In this document: positions 1-9,922 of the stretch, piece by piece | Position numbering within the stretch: the first letter of the stretch is position 1 | How the letters are laid out: each line of letters starts with the position of its first letter | Source: an uncultured Bordetella sp. | GTDB lineage: Bacteria; Pseudomonadota; Gammaproteobacteria; Burkholderiales; Burkholderiaceae_E | Assembly: GCA_964399635.1 (NCBI GenBank) | Contig: CAYNRU010000029.1 | Location: 879-64,878 of the forward strand | Length of the DNA stretch: 64,000 bases | Reading direction: 5' to 3' | Notes under the pieces: model-generated | Database searches by the model: none | Told to the model about the DNA's origin: nothing | What the model saw: the letters and a program-made list of their open reading frames with translations, nothing else | Program-made: the position numbers and the translations under genes

Positions 1-58
1 CACCCACCAGAAGCTCCGTCCGCAGACCCCGAACCGCCCTCCAAGTGCGGTCGGACAC

Positions 59-967
59 GTGAACCGGACCCTTCAAGTCGACGGAGCGAGACAGATGGCA
101 CGGTCAAGAGCGGACGCGTTCGCGCACGACAACAGGGCCCGAGCGGCTTCGGCACCCGAGTCACAGGCCGAATGCATTCGGGAAACGAGCCCGCAGGACT
201 GGCTGCAACGGACCATCGAAACGGAAATCGTCCCCCGCCTGATGCTCGCCCTTCGCATGCCACCCACCGCGCCGGCCGACCGGGTCGGCGCCGGAACCCC
301 GGACACCGCCGACGTCGCCCATTTCACCGGGATGATCCTCGACGAAGACACCGAGGGCTGTGAGCAGTTCGTGGGCCTGCTGCGCCAGCGCGGCGCCGAC
401 CTCGAGCATATCTACCTCGACCTGCTCGCTCCCACCGCCCGGCGCCTGGGCGTCATGTGGGAAAACGACGAATGCGACTTCGCGCAGGTCACGCTGGGCC
501 TGTGGCGGCTGCAGAACCTCGTCTTCGACCTGAGCCCGCTGCTGGCCGCCCCGTGCGTGGACCGGCCCGCGGGCCCACGGCGCGTGATGCTCGCCGCCGC
601 GCCAGGCTCGCAGCACACGCTGGGGCTGCTGATGGTGTCGGAGTTCTTTCGCCGCGCCGGATGGGAAGTCTGGTCCGAGCCCTGCGCGGGTGCCAAGGAC
701 CTGGTGACCGCCGCGCGCGACGCCTGGTTCGACGTCATTGGGCTGTCCATCGGCGGCGAGACGCAGGTCCCGCAACTCACCACGGTGGTGGCCGACCTGC
801 GGCGCGCCTCCCAGAACCGTGCGGTCGGCCTGATGGTTGGCGGCCCCATCCTGCTCTTGCGCCCCGAGTTGCTCGCGACCATCGGCGCCGACTTCACGGC
901 CGCCGACGCGCGGATCGCGGTCGAGGCGGCGGAGTCCTTCGTCTCCGCGCTCAGCCGCCAGGTCTAG
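59..967 (+). CDS. ppaA: Cobalamin-binding antirepressor of PpsR (PpaA/AerR-like)
   Basis: 302-aa track ORF with a GTG start; ATG at 95 is an alternative. The C-terminal half resembles a B12-binding domain (GSQHTLGLLMVSEFFRRAGWEV, FDVIGLSIGGE). It lies directly upstream of ppsR, as in purple-bacterial photosynthesis clusters. Confidence 0.75.
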   Translation: MNRTLQVDGARQMARSRADAFAHDNRARAASAPESQAECIRETSPQDWLQRTIETEIVPRLMLALRMPPTAPADRVGAGTPDTADVAHFTGMILDEDTEGCEQFVGLLRQRGADLEHIYLDLLAPTARRLGVMWENDECDFAQVTLGLWRLQNLVFDLSPLLAAPCVDRPAGPRRVMLAAAPGSQHTLGLLMVSEFFRRAGWEVWSEPCAGAKDLVTAARDAWFDVIGLSIGGETQVPQLTTVVADLRRASQNRAVGLMVGGPILLLRPELLATIGADFTAADARIAVEAAESFVSALSRQV

Positions 968-1039
968 GCCGGCGCGCGATCATGTCGGCCTTGCAGCAGC
1001 AGCGTTTCCGGCTGCGCGACCGACTCTTCGACTACGTCC

Positions 1040-2458
1040 GTGAACCGATCTGAATCCGTCCAGCACTCCTTCTCCGGCCTCGGGCCGGTGGATCTGGCAT
1101 CGCTGATCGCCGCGGCGGCGGACGTTGCCTTGCTGGTCGACGGCGACGGCGTGATCCGCGACGTCTCGGTCGGGAGCGGCGAGCTCGATGCGCTGGGGCA
1201 TTCGGACTGGATCGGCCGGCCCTGGGCCGAGACGGTCACCGTCGATAGCCGCCCGAAGGTCGAGGCGCTGCTGCACGAGGCCGGCGGCGGCCCGGCGGCG
1301 CATCGCTGGCGCCACATCAACCACCAGTCGCCGCAGGGCTCGGACGTGCCGGTGCTGTACTCGACGATCCAGGCCGGCTCCAAGGGCGAGGTGGTCGCGA
1401 TCGGCCGCGACCTGCGCCAGCTGGCCGCCATCCAGCAGCGGCTGGTGGCGGCAACCCAGTCGATGGAGCGCGACTACCTCCGGCTGCGCCAGCTCGAGGG
1501 CCGCTACCGCGCGCTGTTCCAGTCGGTGTCCGAGGCGATCCTGATCGCCGACGCGGTCACGCTCAAGGTGATCGAGGCGAACGCGGCCGCCGAGCGTGTG
1601 TTCGGCGAGACCTCCAAACGGCTGGTCGGGCGCTCCCTCGCCGACTGCTTCGAGCCTGGCAGCCGCGCGGCGCTGCAGGCGTTGCTGGATACCGCGCGCG
1701 GCGCGCGCCAGGCCGAGGGCGGCATGCTGGGGGTGGTCGCGGGCCGCCCGCCGGTGACGGTGTCGGCCTCGCTGTTCCGCCAGGACAGCAGCACGCAGTT
1801 CCTGCTGCGCGTCACCCCGTCCGCGAGCGCCGACGACGGCCAGGCCGCAGTCGCGCGGCGCACCGTGCTGTCGGCCATCGAGTGCGCCCCCGACGCGCTG
1901 GTCGTCACCGACCCCGCCGGGCGGGTGCTGTACGCCAACACCAGCTTCGCCGAGATGGTCCAGATGGATGTGCCCGACCAGATCGTCGGCGAATCGCTGG
2001 ACCGCTGGCTCGGCCGCTCGGGCGTTGACCTCGGCGTGCTGATCGCCAACCTTCGACAGAACGACTCGGTGCGGCTGTTTCCGACCGTGATGCGCGGGCG
2101 ATTCGGCGCCGAGACGACGGTCGAGATCTCGGCGGCGCCCGTCCCGGGCGGCGAGCACCCTTGCCTGGGCTTCACGATCCGGGACATCGGCCGCCGCCTG
2201 CAGACCGAGGGCAACGGCGCCCACGGGCTCGGCCGGACGGTCGCGCAGCTGACCGAGCTGGTGGGTCGCGTGCCGCTCAAGGACATCGTCGGCGAGACGA
2301 CCGACATGATCGAGCAGCTGTGCATCGAGGCGGCCCTGCAACTGACCCGCGACAACCGCGCCGCCGCGGCCGAGATGCTCGGCCTGTCGCGCCAGAGCCT
2401 CTACGTGAAGCTGCGCCGCTACGGGCTCGGCGACCTTGCGGCCGAAGGCGAGCGCTGA
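1040..2458 (+). CDS. ppsR: Photosynthesis gene repressor PpsR/CrtJ (PAS domains plus Fis-type HTH)
   Basis: 472 aa. C-terminal HTH AAAEMLGLSRQSLYVKLRRYGL, PAS-like repeats, and synteny with ppaA and the crt genes. Confidence 0.85.
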   Translation: MNRSESVQHSFSGLGPVDLASLIAAAADVALLVDGDGVIRDVSVGSGELDALGHSDWIGRPWAETVTVDSRPKVEALLHEAGGGPAAHRWRHINHQSPQGSDVPVLYSTIQAGSKGEVVAIGRDLRQLAAIQQRLVAATQSMERDYLRLRQLEGRYRALFQSVSEAILIADAVTLKVIEANAAAERVFGETSKRLVGRSLADCFEPGSRAALQALLDTARGARQAEGGMLGVVAGRPPVTVSASLFRQDSSTQFLLRVTPSASADDGQAAVARRTVLSAIECAPDALVVTDPAGRVLYANTSFAEMVQMDVPDQIVGESLDRWLGRSGVDLGVLIANLRQNDSVRLFPTVMRGRFGAETTVEISAAPVPGGEHPCLGFTIRDIGRRLQTEGNGAHGLGRTVAQLTELVGRVPLKDIVGETTDMIEQLCIEAALQLTRDNRAAAAEMLGLSRQSLYVKLRRYGLGDLAAEGER

Positions 2459-2484
2459 CGCCGCTGGCGCTGGGCGTGACCGAG

Positions 2485-3297
2485 ATGCAGCGCGTCCCTC
2501 GGGACCGGTCCTCCGCGAGCCCCTGCCCCTCGCCGGCGGGCGCGCAGGCCTCGCCTGCGGGTGCCGCGCCGGCGCAGGTCCCGACACCGGCGCCACAGGG
2601 TGGCGCCCCGCCCGGCGAGGTCGTCGTGTTCGTGCTGGCCGACATCGAGCGGCACGCGCGGGCCTGGGGCTGGTCGCGCATCGTGCTGGGTGCCGCCGCA
2701 CTGCGCGGCGTGCCGGGGCTGCGGTTCGCGAAGGTGCTGGGCAGCGGCGCGCAGGGCGGCTTCGGTCTCAAGCCGAGCGCCTCGATCCACGCGCTGTTCT
2801 GCGTGTTCGACGGGGCCGACGCGGCCGATGCGTTCACGGCTCCGACCGGCGCGTTGCGCGCCTGGCGCGAGCGCTCGCGCGAGTGCCTCGCCGTCAAGCT
2901 GCGCCCCTACTCGTGCCGCGGCAGCTGGTCGGGGCGGCGGCTCGAGACGAGCGGCGCGGCCCCGGACGGCGGCCCGGTGGCGTCGCTGACTCGCGCCTCG
3001 ATCCGGCCCACCCGGGCCGCCGCGTTCTGGCGCATGCAGCCCCCGGCCGAGCGCTCGCTCGCCGAGCGTCCCGGCTGCCTGCTGGCCGCGGGCGTCGGCG
3101 AGGCGCCGCTGCTGCGGCAGGCGACCTTCAGCGTATGGACCGGCGCCGCGGCGATGGACGGGTATGCCCGCAGCGGTGCGCACCAGGACGCGATCCGGGC
3201 TGCCGCGCGCGGCGCCTTCTTCTCGGAGTCGATGTTCGTGCGCTTCGTGCCCTATGACGCGCAGGGCAGCTGGAAGGGTCGCGGCCTTGCCTGCTGA
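2485..3297 (+). CDS. crtA: Spheroidene monooxygenase (CrtA-like)
   Basis: In frame with track ORF 2161..3297; first ATG at 2485. The body (VVVFVLADIERHARAWGW...FFSESMFVRFVPYDAQGSW) matches my recollection of the CrtA family. It sits among crt genes. Confidence 0.7.
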   Translation: MQRVPRDRSSASPCPSPAGAQASPAGAAPAQVPTPAPQGGAPPGEVVVFVLADIERHARAWGWSRIVLGAAALRGVPGLRFAKVLGSGAQGGFGLKPSASIHALFCVFDGADAADAFTAPTGALRAWRERSRECLAVKLRPYSCRGSWSGRRLETSGAAPDGGPVASLTRASIRPTRAAAFWRMQPPAERSLAERPGCLLAAGVGEAPLLRQATFSVWTGAAAMDGYARSGAHQDAIRAAARGAFFSESMFVRFVPYDAQGSWKGRGLAC

Positions 3298-4828
3298 GCA
3301 CCGCGTGGTGGTGGTGGGCGCGGGCGTGGCCGGCCTGACGGCGGCGATCGACCTCGCGCGACGCGGCCTGCAGGTGACCGTGCTCGAGCGCGCCGCGGCG
3401 CCCGGGGGCAAGCTGCGCCAGGTGACGGTGGACGGCGCGGGCATCGACAGCGGTCCCACGGTGTTCACGATGCGCTGGGTGTTCGATGCGCTGCTCGCCG
3501 ACGCGGGCACCTCGCTCGAAGCGGAGCTGCGCCTGTCGCCGCTGTCGGTGCTCGCACGCCACGCCTGGGGTGCGGGCGGGCGCCTCGACCTGTTCGCCGA
3601 CGCCGCGCGCTCGACCGAGGCGATCGGCGCGTTGTCGGGGCCCGCCGAGGCGCGCCGCTTCGTCGCCTTCTGCGCGAAGGCTCGCCGGGTCTACGACGCG
3701 CTGGAGGGCCCCTACATCCGATCGTCGCGCCCCACGCCGCTTGGCATCGGGCGCGACCTCGGGGCGCGCGGCATGGGCGTGCTGTTCGGGCTGGGCCCGT
3801 TCCGCGACCTGTGGCGCGAGCTCGCCCGGCACTTCACGGACCCGCGGCTGCAGCAGCTGTTCGGGCGCTACGCGACCTACTGCGGCTCATCGCCCTTCGA
3901 GGCGCCGGCCACGCTGATGCTGATCGCGCAGGTCGAGATGGACGGCGTGTGGGCGGTCGAGGGCGGCATGATCGAGCTGGCGCGTGCGCTCGCGCGCGTC
4001 GCGCAGCGCCTGGGCGCGACCGTGCGCTGCGGCGCGCACGTCGAGCGCATCGTCGTGGAGGGCGGGCGGGCGCGCGGCGTGGCGCTGGCCGGCGGCGAGC
4101 GCATCGAGGCCGACTCGGTGGTGTTCAACGGCGATACCGGCGCGCTGCCCGCGGGGCTGCTCGGCGAGTCGGCGCGTCGCGCCGTGCCGCCGGTGCCGCG
4201 CGAGGCGCGCTCGCTGTCGGCGCTCACCTGGTCGATGCGCGCCGCCACCGCGGGCTTCGCGCTGGAGCGCCACAACGTCTTCTTCGACGACGACTACGCC
4301 TCCGAGTTCGACGACGTATTCGGCCACGGCCGCCTTCCCGGGCGGCCGACGGTGTATGTCTGCGCGCAGGACCGCGGCGAGGGCGCGGCCGCCCCGCCGG
4401 GTCCCGAGCGGCTGCTGTGCCTGGTCAACGCCCCCGCGCTCGGCGACGTGCGCCCCTTCGACTCACCGGAGATCGAGCAGTGCGAACACCGCGCCTTCTC
4501 ACTGCTGGCCCGTTGTGGCCTGCAGATCGACCGTCGACCGTCCAGCACGGTGGTCACGACGCCCGTGGACTTCGACCGCCTCTTCCCGTCGACGGGCGGC
4601 GCCCTGTACGGCCAGGCCTCGCATGGATGGATGGCCTCGTTCCGCAGGCCGTCGTCGCACAGCCGGGTGCCGGGCCTGTGGCTGGCGGGGGGCAGCGCGC
4701 ATCCGGGGCCGGGGGTGCCGATGGCCGCCCTGTCGGGCCGGCTGGCGGCCGCGACCCTGACGGCACACCTCGATTCGACCAGCCGGTCGTCCCGGGTGGT
4801 TATCTCTGGTGGTACGTCGACGCACTGA
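3254..4828 (+). CDS. crtD: Hydroxy/methoxyneurosporene desaturase (CrtD, phytoene-desaturase family)
   Basis: FAD dinucleotide fold VVVVGAGVAGLTAAIDLARRGLQVTVLE and C-terminal GGSAHPGPGVPMAALSG. It is followed by crtC. Start is uncertain: ATG 3254, TTG 3287, or a GTG near 3302. Confidence 0.75.
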   Translation: MTRRAAGRVAALPAEHRVVVVGAGVAGLTAAIDLARRGLQVTVLERAAAPGGKLRQVTVDGAGIDSGPTVFTMRWVFDALLADAGTSLEAELRLSPLSVLARHAWGAGGRLDLFADAARSTEAIGALSGPAEARRFVAFCAKARRVYDALEGPYIRSSRPTPLGIGRDLGARGMGVLFGLGPFRDLWRELARHFTDPRLQQLFGRYATYCGSSPFEAPATLMLIAQVEMDGVWAVEGGMIELARALARVAQRLGATVRCGAHVERIVVEGGRARGVALAGGERIEADSVVFNGDTGALPAGLLGESARRAVPPVPREARSLSALTWSMRAATAGFALERHNVFFDDDYASEFDDVFGHGRLPGRPTVYVCAQDRGEGAAAPPGPERLLCLVNAPALGDVRPFDSPEIEQCEHRAFSLLARCGLQIDRRPSSTVVTTPVDFDRLFPSTGGALYGQASHGWMASFRRPSSHSRVPGLWLAGGSAHPGPGVPMAALSGRLAAATLTAHLDSTSRSSRVVISGGTSTH

Positions 4829-5697
4829 GCGACGACGGCCTGCGCGGGCTCACGATCATCGCCTTCGTGGGCAGCGTGTTCTCGCCGTACTACGCGTGGG
4901 CGCATGCGCGCAGCGGCGCGGCCGACCCGGAGAACCACTGCGCGCTGAACGTCGCGCTCTATGGCCGCGGCGCGCGCCGCTGGACGATGACCGAGCGCGG
5001 CCGCGGGCGCGTCGCGCGCGACGCGCGCAGCTTCGCGATCGGGCCGAGCGCGGTGCGCTGGGATGGCGGGCGCCTGGTGATCGACGTCGAGGAGCGCGCG
5101 GTGCCCTTCGGGCAGCGCGTGAGCGGGCGGGTGACGGTCACCCCCGACGCGCTGTGGAACTTCTCGACCCCACTCGACGACCGCGGCCGTCACCGCTGGG
5201 GCCCGATCGCGCCATCGGCACGGGTGGAGGTCACGCTGTCGCATCCATCGCTGTCGTGGCGCGGGCACGCCTACCTCGACTCCAATGAGGGCGACGAGCC
5301 GGTGGCGCGTGCGTTCACCGAGTGGGACTGGTCGCGGGCGCAGCTGCGCGACGGCAGCTCGGCCGTGCTCTACGACGTGCGCCAGCGCGCCGGCGATGAC
5401 CGCGTGCTGGCGCTGCGCTTCGGGTCCTCGGGGACGGTCGAGCCGTTCAGCGCGCCGCCGCGCCAGGCCCTGCCGCGCACCGCGTGGCGGATCGGCCGCA
5501 CGATGCGGACCGACACCGGCACGACCGCGAGGGTGCGCGAGACGCTCGAGGACACGCCCTTCTACGTGCGCTCGGTGCTCGACTCGGGCCTGCTCGGCGA
5601 GCGCGTGGTGTCGATGCACGAGACGCTGAACGTGCCCCGGTTCGCGTCGACGCCGGTGCAGCTGATGCTGCCGTGGCGGATGCCGCGCACGGGCTGA
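4678..5697 (+). CDS. crtC: Acyclic carotenoid 1,2-hydratase / hydroxyneurosporene synthase (CrtC)
   Basis: Conserved N-terminal PGGYLWWYVDALSDDGLRGLTIIAFVGSVFSPYY in the frame of track ORF 3811..5697. The nearest in-frame starts are GTG 4678 and ATG 4627, so the start is uncertain. Confidence 0.7.
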   Translation: MAGGGQRASGAGGADGRPVGPAGGRDPDGTPRFDQPVVPGGYLWWYVDALSDDGLRGLTIIAFVGSVFSPYYAWAHARSGAADPENHCALNVALYGRGARRWTMTERGRGRVARDARSFAIGPSAVRWDGGRLVIDVEERAVPFGQRVSGRVTVTPDALWNFSTPLDDRGRHRWGPIAPSARVEVTLSHPSLSWRGHAYLDSNEGDEPVARAFTEWDWSRAQLRDGSSAVLYDVRQRAGDDRVLALRFGSSGTVEPFSAPPRQALPRTAWRIGRTMRTDTGTTARVRETLEDTPFYVRSVLDSGLLGERVVSMHETLNVPRFASTPVQLMLPWRMPRTG

Positions 5698-5709
5698 GTC
5701 GGCACGCAC

Positions 5710-5734
5710 GCCGGCCCGTCGACTCAGGGCCGGC
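5710..5734. terminator. GC-rich hairpin between convergent crtC and a small ORF
   Basis: GCCGGCCC-(9 nt)-GGGCCGGC, a perfect 8-bp stem 13 nt after the crtC stop. There is no U-tract, so terminator function is only suggested. Confidence 0.3.
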
Positions 5735-5771
5735 CGCTTCCCGGCCGCTTCACCGCGGGGAGCGGACGATC

Positions 5772-5966
5772 TCAGGGCTGCGGCGGTCGGGGGTCCCGCT
5801 GCGCGTCGGTGTCCGTGCCGCGGCCGGCCTGCGCGTCGCGCGCCGCCGCCTCGGCCTTGCGCTGCTGCGTGATCCGCATGTCGCGACGCAGGGTCACCGA
5901 CTGCCACACCACGAACCCCACCAGACCCACGATCACCAGCGCGAGCTCGTAGACGATCGGCGACAT
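5772..5966 (-). CDS. Small single-pass membrane protein (64 aa), unknown function
   Basis: ATG start 19 nt after the crtI stop. One hydrophobic helix (IVYELALVIVGLVGFVVW) then a charged tail. Very high third-position GC is consistent with coding. No obvious Shine-Dalgarno sequence. Confidence 0.4.
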   Translation of the reverse strand: MSPIVYELALVIVGLVGFVVWQSVTLRRDMRITQQRKAEAAARDAQAGRGTDTDAQRDPRPPQP

Positions 5967-5985
5967 GGCCGGCGTGCGGACCCGG

Positions 5986-7545
<1,560 letters not shown>

Positions 7546-7574
7546 GGGTGCTGCTCACTGCGTGGGAAGCCTAG

Positions 7575-7618
7575 TGTAAATCATAGTTGACGCTACTGAG
7601 TGTCAGCTTCAAACTACG
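7575..7618. promoter_or_regulatory. Tandem PpsR/CrtJ-like operator in the crtI/bchG divergent spacer
   Basis: TGTaaatcatagttgACG (7575-7592) and TGTcagcttcaaactACG (7601-7618). Each is 5/6 to TGT-N12-ACA, and they are separated by 8 bp. This is the only AT-rich stretch between crtI (start 7545) and bchG (start 7622). Confidence 0.45.
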
Positions 7619-7621
7619 TCC

Positions 7622-8548
7622 ATGTCCAAACCGGCCCTTTCCCATCCGGCCCTCGCGAGCGCGTCGCCCGCCCGACCGTCGCTGTCGACCGTCGCCGAGC
7701 TGCTGAAGCCGATCACCTGGTTCCCGCCGATGTGGGCATTTGCCTGCGGCGTGGTCGCCTCGGGCGTGTCGCCCGACGGGCTGTGGCCGGTGATCGTCGT
7801 GGGAGTCCTGCTCGCCGGGCCGCTCGTGTGCGCGACCAGCCAGGCGGTGAACGACTGGTTCGACCGGCACGTCGATGCCATCAACGAGCCTGCCCGCCCC
7901 ATCCCCTCCGGACGGATGCCCGGTCGCTGGGGCCTGTACGTCGCGGTGGCCTGGACCCTGTTGTCGCTGCTGGTCGCGACCGCGCTCGGCCCCTGGGGTT
8001 TCGGCGCTGCGGTCGCGGGCCTGGTGCTGGCCTGGGCCTACAGCGCACCGCCGTTGCGGCTCAAGGAAAACGGCTGGTGGGGCAACGCCGCCTGCGGCCT
8101 GTGCTACGAGGGGCTCGCCTGGGTGACGGGCGCCGCGGTGATGGCGGGCGGGGCGATGCCGGATGCGCGCTCGCTGGCGCTGGCGGGGCTCTACAGCCTG
8201 GGCGCCCACGGAATCATGACGCTCAACGACTTCAAGGCCGTCGACGGCGACCGGCAGATGGGCGTGCGCTCGCTGCCCGTGCAGCTCGGCGTGCCGCGCG
8301 CGGCCGTGGTCGCGAGCTGGACCATGGCGCTGCCCCAGGTCGTGGTGATCGGGCTGCTGCTGGGCTGGGACAGGCCCTGGCACGCGGCGGTGATCGGCGC
8401 GCTGCTGTGCGCGCAGGTCGCGATGATGCGGTGGTTCGTCGCCTCGCCCACGCAGCGGGCGTTGTTCTACAGCGGGTTCGGTGTGCCGCTCTTCGTGGCC
8501 GGCATGATGGTCGCGGCGTTCGCGCTGCGCTCGCTCGGGGGTGCATGA
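7622..8548 (+). CDS. bchG: Bacteriochlorophyll synthase (UbiA-family prenyltransferase)
   Basis: 308 aa, polytopic. Prenyltransferase motif NDWFDRHVDAINEPARPIPSGR. Synteny bchG-MFS-bchP. Confidence 0.9.
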   Translation: MSKPALSHPALASASPARPSLSTVAELLKPITWFPPMWAFACGVVASGVSPDGLWPVIVVGVLLAGPLVCATSQAVNDWFDRHVDAINEPARPIPSGRMPGRWGLYVAVAWTLLSLLVATALGPWGFGAAVAGLVLAWAYSAPPLRLKENGWWGNAACGLCYEGLAWVTGAAVMAGGAMPDARSLALAGLYSLGAHGIMTLNDFKAVDGDRQMGVRSLPVQLGVPRAAVVASWTMALPQVVVIGLLLGWDRPWHAAVIGALLCAQVAMMRWFVASPTQRALFYSGFGVPLFVAGMMVAAFALRSLGGA

Positions 8549-8549
8549 G

Positions 8550-9920
8550 ATGAACGGCGGATCCTTCGGCTGGGGCAGCATCGTGCGGCTCGGGCTGGTG
8601 CAGATGGCGCTCGGTGCGATCGTGGTGCTGACCACCTCGACGCTCAACCGGGTGATGGTGGTCGAGCTCGCGCTGCCCGCGCTGCTGCCCGGGCTGCTGG
8701 TCGGCGTGCACTACGCGATGCAGGGCCTGCGCCCGCGGATGGGCTTCGGCTCGGACGTCGGCGGGCGTCGCACGCCGTGGATCGTCGGCGGCATGGCGGT
8801 GCTGGCCATGGGCGGCGTGGGCGCGGCGGGCGCCACCGTGCTCATGGCGAGCCACACGGCGGTCGGCATCGCGGCCGCGGTGCTCGCCTTCGCGGTGATC
8901 GGCATCGGCGTCAGCGCCTGCGGCACCTCCTTGCTGGTGCTGCTCGCAAAGCGTGTGGACGCGCCGCGCCGCGCGGCGGCCGCGACCATCGTCTGGCTGA
9001 TGATGATCATGGGCTTCGCGATCACCGCCGGCATCGCCGGCAAGCTGCTCGACCCGTACTCGCCCGAGCGCCTGCTCGCGGTCACCGCGTCGGTCGCGAG
9101 CCTCGCCGTCGCCGTCACCCTGCTCGCCCTGTTCCGCCTCGAGGGCCACCCGCCCCGGATCGCGGCCGCTGCCGGCGAGGCCAAGCCGCGCTTTCGCGAG
9201 GCCCTCGCCGAAGTCTGGGCCGAGCCCGCGGCGCGCCAGTTCACGATCTTCGTGTTCGTATCGATGCTGGCCTACAGCGCGCAGGACCTGATCCTCGAGC
9301 CCTTCGCGGGTGCGGTGTTCGGCTACACGCCGGGCGAGTCCACCCAGCTGGCGGGCGTGCAGCACGGCGGCGCACTCGCCGGCATGCTGCTGGCCGCGCT
9401 CGCGGGCAGCCGGCTTGCGGGCCGACAGCTCGGCTCGCTGCGCGCCTGGACCATCGGCGGATGCATCGCGTCGGCGCTCGCGCTCGCGGGGCTGGTGATG
9501 GCCGGCGCCTCCGGCGGCGCCTGGCCGCTCAAGGCGACGGTGTTCGCGCTTGGCGCAGCCAACGGCGCCTTCGCGATCGCGGCCATCGCCTCGATGATGC
9601 GGCTCGCCGGCGAGGGCCGCGCGGGACGCGAGGGCGTGCGCATGGGCCTGTGGGGCGCCGCGCAGGCGATCGCCTTCGGCGTGGGCGGCCTCGCCGGGGC
9701 GGCCGCGAGCGACCTCGCGCGCCTGCTTATCGGATCGACGGGCGCGGCCTACGCGACGGTGTTCGCGCTCGAGGCGGTGCTCTTCCTGGTGTCTGCCGTG
9801 CTCGCCTCGCGGATCGGCCGCTCGGGCAGCGGCGAGTTCCGGATCGACCCCGTCGATCCGGCGAGGTCAACAGATGGTCTGGCCGGCGACTTCAGGGTCG
9901 CCGCTTTGGAACGAGGATAA
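8550..9920 (+). CDS. PucC/LhaA-family (BCD) MFS protein of photosynthesis clusters
   Basis: About 12 predicted TM segments, placed between bchG and bchP like the classical orf428-type gene. ATG 8550 is 2 nt after the bchG stop; the track ORF begins at GTG 8541. Confidence 0.8.
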   Translation: MNGGSFGWGSIVRLGLVQMALGAIVVLTTSTLNRVMVVELALPALLPGLLVGVHYAMQGLRPRMGFGSDVGGRRTPWIVGGMAVLAMGGVGAAGATVLMASHTAVGIAAAVLAFAVIGIGVSACGTSLLVLLAKRVDAPRRAAAATIVWLMMIMGFAITAGIAGKLLDPYSPERLLAVTASVASLAVAVTLLALFRLEGHPPRIAAAAGEAKPRFREALAEVWAEPAARQFTIFVFVSMLAYSAQDLILEPFAGAVFGYTPGESTQLAGVQHGGALAGMLLAALAGSRLAGRQLGSLRAWTIGGCIASALALAGLVMAGASGGAWPLKATVFALGAANGAFAIAAIASMMRLAGEGRAGREGVRMGLWGAAQAIAFGVGGLAGAAASDLARLLIGSTGAAYATVFALEAVLFLVSAVLASRIGRSGSGEFRIDPVDPARSTDGLAGDFRVAALERG

Positions 9921-9922
9921 AC

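Noticed and set aside
980-2701. 573-aa minus-strand ORF opposite ppsR. Similar long ORFs include 2419..3510(-), 4294..5907(-), 5965..7590(+), 7571..8647(-) and 9749..11122(-).
   Set aside because: They are Arg/Ala/Gly/Pro-rich with no motifs. Each lies antisense or off-frame to a gene with clear family signatures. These are typical shadow ORFs of roughly 70% GC DNA.
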